Source: an uncultured cyanobacterium (lineage in GTDB: Bacteria; Cyanobacteriota; Cyanobacteriia; Cyanobacteriales; Nostocaceae). From it: DNA of 64,000 bases. Shown piece by piece: positions 1-7,614 of this stretch; the stretch's first letter is position 1; every line of letters begins with the position of its first letter. The translations under genes and the position numbers were made by a program. The notes under the pieces are model-generated. The model ran no database searches, was not told the origin of the DNA, and worked only from the letters and a program-made list of their open reading frames with translations. The stretch is taken from NCBI GenBank assembly GCA_963740315.1, contig CAVUDP010000003.1, positions 192,001 to 256,000 of the forward strand, read 5' to 3'.

Positions 1-1741
1 ATAGAATTGTTCCTCTGTCGTAATCGATTTCATAATCTGCACCGCGATACAAAGGCTGGCGTTTGACTACCGTACCGGGACGATTAATTTCTTCTGTTTC
101 GATAAAAACGCTTTCACTACCCGGAATTACCAAACGACGAGAAACGAAGTAGTAACCGCTAGTTCCGTTGGGGGTTATGGTATCTCGTTGAAAACCTTCG
201 ATATTATTAGCAAATAATCCAGTTAGCTGTAAGTTACCGAGATTAAAATTTCCTTTAAAACCGTGTAGCTGTCTGGTGGTAGCAGTATAAAGTTGAGATT
301 GTCGGGCAAATTCTTGAGTATTGTAGTCACCCCACATGAAATAATCGGATTCTGCTCCATTGATATCGGGAGTACGTTCGATGCGAGCATAAACGCTATC
401 TATAGAAGGAGCAGTATTAGTAACTGTTGAATCATCGCCGTAAACGGGATATTGTTTTTCACAAGATTGAATTCCACCGAAAAGCCGATTGTCGCCGTTA
501 CAATCTTGATTCAAAGGGCGATCGCTGTTATAGGCTCCAGTAAATAACCATTCTCCGACTTTTCCTGTAGCGAAAACTGCTGCATCCAAATCTACAGTTG
601 TATCTTTATCAATTTCTGGGTTAACAAAATCGCGGAAACTACCGTAGTAGTCACTACCACCCGCTCCAATCCGCAAATTTACAACTCCCGTAGCTAGAGA
701 AGGGCGTAAATTAGTAACGAATTCAACATATGTTACTGCTCCTAAATAGAGATTGGGAGAAGTCTTTTTACCGTAGATAGTGGCGGAAAGTTGGCGCGGA
801 GATGTTCTTTGCGCCAAACTTTCCAAGAGGGCGCTGATTTTTACACTTTGAGCTTGATTATCAGCTTGCAAAGTCGCTGAAAACTGCCCATTACGAGCTA
901 AAACCTGGAAACCGGGTGCATCTGGCTTGTAATCTGCACCGACGAATTTACCGGCATTAGTACCTAAAGTAACGATCGCATCTTGTTTAATTAAATTACC
1001 TTTTTCGTCAGTAATTCTACCTTGAAAATCTATATTAGAACGTCCATCAGCCGGAATTCTGGGTTCACCAACTGGATTAATTGAAATCTTGGCTTTTTGT
1101 TCTTTAACAGTAACTTTAACGCTAACCGGATTACCTTCTTGAGCTTGAGCGGTAATCGTGTTTTCACCCTTAGATAAAGGAACGTTATACCAGATTCGGG
1201 TATGAAGTTTTTGTTCCTCATCTTTATGAACGTAACTGCTAATAGATTTATCTATCGGCTTCCCGTTTACCGTTATCTTGATTTTGGCGCTGGGATGATG
1301 CTGAATCGCTATATTCGTAGTATCAGTATTAGTTACGCCAGCTTGAGGAGTAATAATACTGATTTCATTGACAACGGATAAAGGAGTAGAAGAGTTTTGT
1401 TTTTGTTGCTTATCTTTATCAAAAATAATATTACTTTCTTCTCCCCCTACTCCCTGCTGCCTGCTCCTTGCTGCCTTTTCTTCCTCTTCTACGTCTGCTT
1501 GAATAATAATTTCTTCTCTTCCTGCTCCTTCTGCAATAACTTCTTGACTCAACTCCGGTTGACTAATCGGTGGTGAAAATAAAGCTTCGCGATCGTCTTC
1601 TACTGCGATTAATTCGGATAAATCCGAGTCATTTACTGTATCCTTAACACTTTGTGCCGATACGCTGACTGTGGGTAATACCGTTACACCACCACAAGCA
1701 ATTAATATTAAATCTCGCTTTTTTAAACTTAAATTGTTCAT
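1..1741 (-). CDS. Very large secreted/outer-membrane protein of the DUF11 gene-cluster type (often annotated TonB-dependent receptor-like or hypothetical); runs off the left edge
   Basis: Manual translation from ATG at 1741: MNNLSLKKRDLILIACGGVTVLPTVSVSAQ (signal-like), then an acidic linker, Ig-like segments (IWYNVPLSKGENTITA, PRIPADGRS) and conserved blocks YPVYGDDS, YFMWGDY, DYEIDYDRG. Starts 4 nt after the DUF11 gene stop. Confidence 0.8.
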   Translation of the reverse strand, partial: MNNLSLKKRDLILIACGGVTVLPTVSVSAQSVKDTVNDSDLSELIAVEDDREALFSPPISQPELSQEVIAEGAGREEIIIQADVEEEEKAARSRQQGVGGEESNIIFDKDKQQKQNSSTPLSVVNEISIITPQAGVTNTDTTNIAIQHHPSAKIKITVNGKPIDKSISSYVHKDEEQKLHTRIWYNVPLSKGENTITAQAQEGNPVSVKVTVKEQKAKISINPVGEPRIPADGRSNIDFQGRITDEKGNLIKQDAIVTLGTNAGKFVGADYKPDAPGFQVLARNGQFSATLQADNQAQSVKISALLESLAQRTSPRQLSATIYGKKTSPNLYLGAVTYVEFVTNLRPSLATGVVNLRIGAGGSDYYGSFRDFVNPEIDKDTTVDLDAAVFATGKVGEWLFTGAYNSDRPLNQDCNGDNRLFGGIQSCEKQYPVYGDDSTVTNTAPSIDSVYARIERTPDINGAESDYFMWGDYNTQEFARQSQLYTATTRQLHGFKGNFNLGNLQLTGLFANNIEGFQRDTITPNGTSGYYFVSRRLVIPGSESVFIETEEINRPGTVVKRQPLYRGADYEIDYDRGTIL

Positions 1742-1745
1742 ATTA

Positions 1746-2660
1746 TCAACGTCGTTCTCCAAAAGCTGGAGTGACTGCAAAATTTATTCTCGCCATACTT
1801 CCAGGTGCTAAACGCACCAAGCGAGATTGACTATTTTTCTGAATTTTGTAAAGATTTGGAGCCTGAATATAGCCCGGTAAACTTGTATAATCCAAGGTTG
1901 CGGTACGATTACCCGAAATTACATTAGCAACAGAATACATTCCATTAGCATCAGTGAGAATGCGGTTGCCATCATCCATAAAAATCACAGCATTGGGTAC
2001 TCCAGGTTCCCCCGCTTGTTGTTCGCCATCAAAGTTTTTATCAACAAAAACACGTCCAATTAAAGTTGCACAATCAGAAACTATACCCGGACGAATTCTT
2101 AATAAATGGCTTGCAGTATTACTTCTGGTATTTCCAGCAGTAGCAACAGCTAAGTTTCTACCGCTTCCCCGCATTCCATCGGGTGTAACCGTAACCGCGT
2201 AAACCACACTTAAAGTTGCTTCGGGTGGAATGCTACCGGCATAGTTAATTGCAACCGTGCGATTATTCGTCTTCGTAGTCGATACTGCGACTTGAGTCGT
2301 ACTACCAGTTAAAGAAGCCTGTACCGATTTTTCCGCTAATTTCAAACCCAAAGGAAGGGTATCGTTAAGAGTTAAATTGCTCGCCGATACATCTCCAGTA
2401 TTACGAATTGCCACCCGGTAAGTTACCGTATCTCCAGGCTCGGCAGCGCTTTTATTAGCAGTTTTAGTTATTTGTAAAGCTGCATTTCCGGCTGTAAAAG
2501 TTGTACCGTTGGTGTTGAAAGAGCCGATATTGTCACCTCCAAACACCGCTGTATTAGTTATTTCGTTAGCGATCGCAGGTATAGCTTCCAAGGCGATAAT
2601 GCTAGGAAGCAATAACGACAGAAGGTAACGATACCTCCACCGCTTTATTCTTAATCTCAT
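1746..2660 (-). CDS. Secreted DUF11 (conserved repeat domain) protein with C-terminal SdrD B-like domain
   Basis: Signal peptide; LQITKTANKSAAEPGDTVTYRVAIRNTG...LNDTLPLGL (DUF11); GRVFVDKNFDGEQQAGEPGVPNA (SdrD_B-like). Confidence 0.88.
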   Translation of the reverse strand: MRLRIKRWRYRYLLSLLLPSIIALEAIPAIANEITNTAVFGGDNIGSFNTNGTTFTAGNAALQITKTANKSAAEPGDTVTYRVAIRNTGDVSASNLTLNDTLPLGLKLAEKSVQASLTGSTTQVAVSTTKTNNRTVAINYAGSIPPEATLSVVYAVTVTPDGMRGSGRNLAVATAGNTRSNTASHLLRIRPGIVSDCATLIGRVFVDKNFDGEQQAGEPGVPNAVIFMDDGNRILTDANGMYSVANVISGNRTATLDYTSLPGYIQAPNLYKIQKNSQSRLVRLAPGSMARINFAVTPAFGERR

Positions 2661-3047
2661 ATTTAATCAGAAATTATTAAGTTGGGAAGGTTTTTATGTC
2701 TATAAGTTATTTACACAAGCCGTCTATAAGTAAAAAACTGAACGCTTACAAAAATGCTTTCTTGATGGCGATTTAGATAAATTCCATAATTCAAGCATGG
2801 AGATAACGCCACATATTGGTTTTACGCGGTAAATGCTTTATTGACTCTAGGCAGATGCAGAGATTACCTAATTACGAATAGTCTCTTTTCGTTTGCAACT
2901 AAATATAACAAGTTATTAATACAGCTAAAACGGGTTTTATACGGAGAAATCGATAAAAAAGAATTATTTTAATCGCACAAATTCAGTAAAAAAGCGGAAA
3001 ATTACTGAAAAAGCTTCTATATAAACAATTATTATCTCGGAATTCAA

Positions 3048-4916
3048 TCAACCTTGACTCAATGCAACACAATTGCGCCCCTTTCGCTTGGCTTGATATA
3101 GCGCTGATTCCGCAATCTTGAGAAACGTTGCGGGTTCTATATCTAGAGGTGTGGTACTTGCAACCCCCACAGTAACTGTAACCACGTCTGCTGGTAATCC
3201 ACCCATGCCAGGATACTCGCTCTCGATCGCTAAAGCTTGAATTTTCTCTTTAATATCTTCGGCAATACTAAATGCTATTGCCTCATTTACAGGCACAACT
3301 ACGGCAAATTTGTCTGCTGCATAACGAGCAATTATTTTGCTATTTCGATCGCCGCTACCTAACCAAACATCAACGCGATCGCAAATAGTATTAGCAATTT
3401 GCTGCAAACACTTATCACCTGCCGTGGTGCCATAATTCTTGTTGTAATACTTGAAATAATCAATGTCGCATAAAATTAATGATAATTCTGCACCCTTGAT
3501 TGACTGCTGCCATAAACGTTGTAAGCAAATGTCAAAATAACTGCGGTTGATTAATTGAGTTAGTGGATCTAAATTAGAATCAAAACGTAATTCCAGTTTT
3601 GAAAGCTGCTCTCGAAAATATAAACGGTATAGTTCACAGGCTACGGAAGCATTATCTCCATCCAACTTAATTAAACCCATGCTTTGTAACTTATAAGCTA
3701 CTATAACTTCCAACTTCTGAGGAGAATTCGCCGCAATCAATTCGCAAAAAACTGATTTCAACTGCAAATCATCAAGTAATATCGACACATATCGTCTTAA
3801 ATGCGAATTATAAATTCCGGTTTGTGTAGGTGCTTGTTGCAACAGTAATTCCAGGCTTCCAGGATCGTTTTTATTGCGTCTAAGATAGTACAAAGCCAAT
3901 CTGACTAAATAAGGATGCCCTCCTACCATTGCCATTAACTTGTCGGTGTTGCAACCATCCATCCAATCTAAACCATACAGTTGCGCTAAATTTTGTACTT
4001 GCTCCTTTGTAAATGCCGGTAATTTCAAAGGTAAACCAACATTAAATGGAGATTGAGATAAATTTAAAGGAACAATAATTTCTGTAGAATAAGTTAAAAC
4101 TACGCGAAGTTTTTGCCAAATATCCACCCGCTTAGCTTGTTCGTACCAAGAACGTAATAATGGTAGAAAGTCGCTAGCAATCTCTGGATGCTCAAATACC
4201 AAATCAATTTCATTCAAAACTATAACTACTGGACTTTCTAAAGATGAGAGTAAATAAGCTTCAAAGTAAATAGAGCAACTAATTTTTATACCCATCTCTT
4301 CATCCCAATAATCGTCCAATCGCGCTTCTTTACCTAATTCTCGGCTAATATTGCTGCAAAACCAGCGTAAAAAGCGATTAAGGTTAGTAAATATGGCTTT
4401 ATCTGCTTGCTGGAAGTCTAAATTAACAGTTTTATAGCCAATATTTGCCGCACGATCTAAAATCCGCAAGTTGAGGGAACTTTTGCCCATTTTTTTGGGA
4501 GCTTTTATACAAATAAGGCTACCGGGCTGCACTAATTCTGCATATGCTAACTCTTCAATTGGCGGACGAGATATGTAAAACTGAGAATCAATTGGTACTG
4601 GACCATTCGGAAATTCTGAAGCTGCAATACCATCGGCAGTCGAATATTTAACTAAATCCTGTTGAGTTTTATCCAAATTTAAATCAAATGAAGAGCGAAA
4701 ATTTAATTTATCGATCGGTTTTTTTATAATATCACTTAATATTTTCCATAAATCCGAAGCAACTTTTTTTACTTCTTCTTCTTCATAGTTTCCCCCTTCG
4801 GCTATGTCAGTATAGGTTTTCCCCTCCCAGCAACAACGTAATACTTGTTCCTGCAAAGAATTGAAACTGTCTCCAAAATAGGTTTTTAGGAACAGAACTA
4901 ATTCATCTACACTCAT
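3048..4916 (-). CDS. N-terminal HTH + AAA_35 (STAND-like) ATPase + degenerate GGDEF domain protein
   Basis: LQEQVLRCCWEGKTYTDIA; P-loop APKKMGKSS; QSPFNVG; GGHPYLV; LCDIDYFKYYNKNYG; ALYQAKRKGRN. Confidence 0.88.
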   Translation of the reverse strand: MSVDELVLFLKTYFGDSFNSLQEQVLRCCWEGKTYTDIAEGGNYEEEEVKKVASDLWKILSDIIKKPIDKLNFRSSFDLNLDKTQQDLVKYSTADGIAASEFPNGPVPIDSQFYISRPPIEELAYAELVQPGSLICIKAPKKMGKSSLNLRILDRAANIGYKTVNLDFQQADKAIFTNLNRFLRWFCSNISRELGKEARLDDYWDEEMGIKISCSIYFEAYLLSSLESPVVIVLNEIDLVFEHPEIASDFLPLLRSWYEQAKRVDIWQKLRVVLTYSTEIIVPLNLSQSPFNVGLPLKLPAFTKEQVQNLAQLYGLDWMDGCNTDKLMAMVGGHPYLVRLALYYLRRNKNDPGSLELLLQQAPTQTGIYNSHLRRYVSILLDDLQLKSVFCELIAANSPQKLEVIVAYKLQSMGLIKLDGDNASVACELYRLYFREQLSKLELRFDSNLDPLTQLINRSYFDICLQRLWQQSIKGAELSLILCDIDYFKYYNKNYGTTAGDKCLQQIANTICDRVDVWLGSGDRNSKIIARYAADKFAVVVPVNEAIAFSIAEDIKEKIQALAIESEYPGMGGLPADVVTVTVGVASTTPLDIEPATFLKIAESALYQAKRKGRNCVALSQG

Positions 4917-5329
4917 AGCATCATCAGTTACTCATTTTTATGTATTATAAATTATTTTGATAACTTTCAAAATAGCACGCAAATTCCGATTTGTATATAG
5001 CGATATAGTATGGTACCTCAAGAAAGAAGTTATAACTGTATTTTTGACAATCCTATATGTATTCTCCTCCACATCTAGAATGCGTCTTCTAATCTTTATT
5101 TACCATTAAAGCGATCGGTAAAAATAACGGTTTAAAGTTATATACTTGTTCGCAAATTATTCTCGTAAATCATTTAAAGCCGGAAATATCAAATTTATTC
5201 CGTAAACCTACATAATTGCGATTAAAAATCATACAAAAATGATTAATTGCGATCGTGTTAAAAAATATGCTTTCTAGAAAGTAAAAAATAATTTAAATTA
5301 TTTTAATAGCAAAAAATTAGTATGAAATG

Positions 5330-5346
5330 AAGGGGTTAAACCCCCC
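5330..5346. promoter_or_regulatory. Putative HetR binding site (GGG-N5-CCC inverted repeat)
   Basis: AAGGGGTTAAACCCCCC, a GC-rich palindrome in a very AT-rich spacer upstream of a hetP-family gene; resembles the Anabaena hetP site GAGGGGTCTAACCCCTC as I recall it. Confidence 0.7.
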
Positions 5347-5866
5347 AATGTCATATATTGACTTATGTTTTATAAATAATTAAACGGATATAAGACTAAT
5401 TCTTTAATTTATCTTCTTTATAAGTAGTAATTGCAACACCTTTATTCCATAATATATTTAGATATAAATAATTTCAATCATCCTAATTTATTTAAGGGGT
5501 ATGAAAAAAAAATTACATTTAAGCGTTTTTAAGTAAATTTCTAAACCTTAAAGTATAAAAAATAAAACATATTTAATTAATTTATATCTAAAATTTTCCG
5601 AGTCTAATATATCTAATACTTTAGCTAGATGACGAAGTTTGATAAGTCTAAAAATAGAATAATCACAATACCTTAGACATCTGATGATTATTTAAAATAT
5701 GAAACAGCAAAATTATTATGAATTTTGTATAAAGATTTTAAAAAATGATGAAATACTCTTGCGATACAAATATAAACTTTGTAATAGAAAGATTTAATTT
5801 ATCTATAAAGTGTTCCCTTTGACTCAATAAAGTATGTTTTATCATCTGTGAGCAAAATTGAAGGCA

Positions 5867-6118
5867 ATGAATAACAAACAAGTTGAAGAAGTAGTTAAAG
5901 CAATTCTCACCAGGAAGTATTCATGGGCTTGCGTTTTAATACTGCGATTTCATGGATACGATCCGGTAGATTATATACCTTATCGTACTTACATTAGATT
6001 GCTCAAAGAAAATTATCAAGTTAATAATAATGAAACAAAAGATACTGCTGAAAAAACAGTAGATTTTCGTAAATTAGAGTCTAAAAAAAGGCAGCTTGTC
6101 AAGCAAGAAAGAGGTTAA
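5867..6118 (+). CDS. HetP family heterocyst commitment protein
   Basis: [45 protein letters not shown] matches the HetP core. The ATG at 5867 is chosen; a TTG at 5858 is possible. Which paralog this is cannot be determined. Confidence 0.88.
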   Translation: MNNKQVEEVVKAILTRKYSWACVLILRFHGYDPVDYIPYRTYIRLLKENYQVNNNETKDTAEKTVDFRKLESKKRQLVKQERG

Positions 6119-6453
6119 TAACCGCTTATTGAAATCCTCTTTAATTGACGCTTTTCTTAAAATTAGGATTGAATTGTTCGATTATTTACTTCTGTATCAT
6201 CAAGATAAAACGTAAATAGAGCAATACAAGCGATTAATTAGTTTATTTAGAGAGCAGATCGGTTTGAGTTCAATCCGATGATTTACCTGTAAACTTTAAT
6301 CCCAAGTCTGTCTTACTACAAAGTACACATTGATATTTGGAATCAAAGTAAAAGATACTTCAAAAGAACGAAAACTAGCTGGAAATTAGCATTCGAGTCA
6401 GAAAATATTTATGCATTCTTTATGCATGGGTAGTGTTAAAAATTATATTTTTT

Positions 6454-6478
6454 GCGGGTATTCAACCCGCTTTTTTTT
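6454..6478 (+). terminator. Rho-independent terminator
   Basis: GCGGG-tattcaa-CCCGC followed by T8. Confidence 0.7.
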
Positions 6479-6553
6479 ACAGAATCATAAATAACTAAGT
6501 AATCTGATATCCTAGACTTACTTATACTTAATAGCCACTCTTACTTTCCGATT

Positions 6554-7147
6554 ATGATCGCTACTTCTCGTTCAAAGAAGTTTCCAACCCAAGCAATACC
6601 TGCCAAGATTTTTCATTGGGTTAATATCGTCAGTTTGTTCATCATGCTTACTAGCGGATTGCAAATTTACAACGCTAATCCGGTTTTTGGTGGGCGTGCG
6701 GGTTTGCATATTCCTGCAATATTTACTTTAGGAGGCTGGCTTGCAGGAGGTAGACATTGGCATTTTGCTGCAATGTGGCTATTCTCTTTAAATCTTTTAT
6801 GGTACGGAATTTACGTGTTAATTAGCCGCAGATGGCGACATCGTTTCGTCAGTACCAAAGATTTCAAAGCTTTACAGAAAACCAAAAATTCCCAACGTTT
6901 GGTTTACGCTTGGCATCGTATCGTCTATACAAGTATTATTCCTATTTTGTTATTAGCTGTGTTTACAGGTATAGGAATGTATAAACCCGCTCAATTCCCT
7001 TGGATTGTAAGTGCATTTGGTAGCTGGGAAGCACTGCGAATCGTTCATTTTTCTTCAGTGCCATTAGTAATTTTGTTCGCGATCGCCCATTCCTGGTTGG
7101 GTGTAAAAGTAGGGGGAGAAAAACTTACTGAATCGATGTTTTGGTAG
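6554..7147 (+). CDS. Cytochrome b/b6 domain membrane protein (Ni/Fe-hydrogenase or thiosulfate reductase cytochrome b type)
   Basis: FHWVN...MLTSGLQIYNA, GRHWHFAAMW, RIVHF, AHS heme-ligand histidines; four TM segments. Confidence 0.85.
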   Translation: MIATSRSKKFPTQAIPAKIFHWVNIVSLFIMLTSGLQIYNANPVFGGRAGLHIPAIFTLGGWLAGGRHWHFAAMWLFSLNLLWYGIYVLISRRWRHRFVSTKDFKALQKTKNSQRLVYAWHRIVYTSIIPILLLAVFTGIGMYKPAQFPWIVSAFGSWEALRIVHFSSVPLVILFAIAHSWLGVKVGGEKLTESMFW

Positions 7148-7191
7148 GTTGCTTATTAGTATTGTTGCTTTTCCTATTCTCTTCCCTTTTT

Positions 7192-7338
7192 TCAACCTTT
7201 AGATAGATCCGGTTTTACCACTTCTGGGAAATTATCAAAATTGCGTCTTACCCAATCCATTCCTACTTCGTTATTCAGCTTGATTTTTGGCTCTGTATTT
7301 GGATAAATCTTTTCTAAGATATCAGCATCTTGTTCGAC
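7192..7338 (-). pseudogene. C-terminal relic, probably of a Rieske aromatic ring-hydroxylating oxygenase
   Basis: Translates VEQDADILEKIYPNTEPKIKLNNEVGMDWVRRNFDNFPEVVKPDLSKG*; no start or N-terminal part. Family recognised from memory. Confidence 0.6.
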
Positions 7339-7341
7339 ATT

Positions 7342-7470
7342 GAGCAATTTTACGAAAATATTAAGTATTTGACACCAGATGTAGATTTACGAAGTCCAGA
7401 AATGGTTGAAAAATATGCGATCGCAGCGATCGATTTTATTATGGCTGGAGTTGCAAAGAATGGGAATTGA
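7342..7470 (+). pseudogene. C-terminal relic, probably of a TetR/AcrR regulator
   Basis: Translates EQFYENIKYLTPDVDLRSPEMVEKYAIAAIDFIMAGVAKNGN*; the xxDFIMAGV ending is typical of the last TetR helix; contains a HIP1 site. Confidence 0.55.
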
Positions 7471-7528
7471 GAATTTAAGATTGAGCAAAAATCACAGGGC
7501 GCAATAGGCGGGAGTAGATAAAAAAATT

Positions 7529-7614
7529 ATCTCTCCATCTCCCCATCTCCCCATCTCCCCATCTCCCTATCTCCCCATCCCCCCATCTCCCCATCCCCTT
7601 ATCCCTCTCCCCAT
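7529..7614. repeat. Short tandem repeat (ATCTCCCC)n, STRR-like
   Basis: About ten imperfect 8-mer units directly after the HD-protein stop codon. Confidence 0.9.

Noticed and set aside
2569..2576. Abundant GCGATCGC palindromes
   Set aside because: Well-known HIP1; useful only as taxonomic evidence
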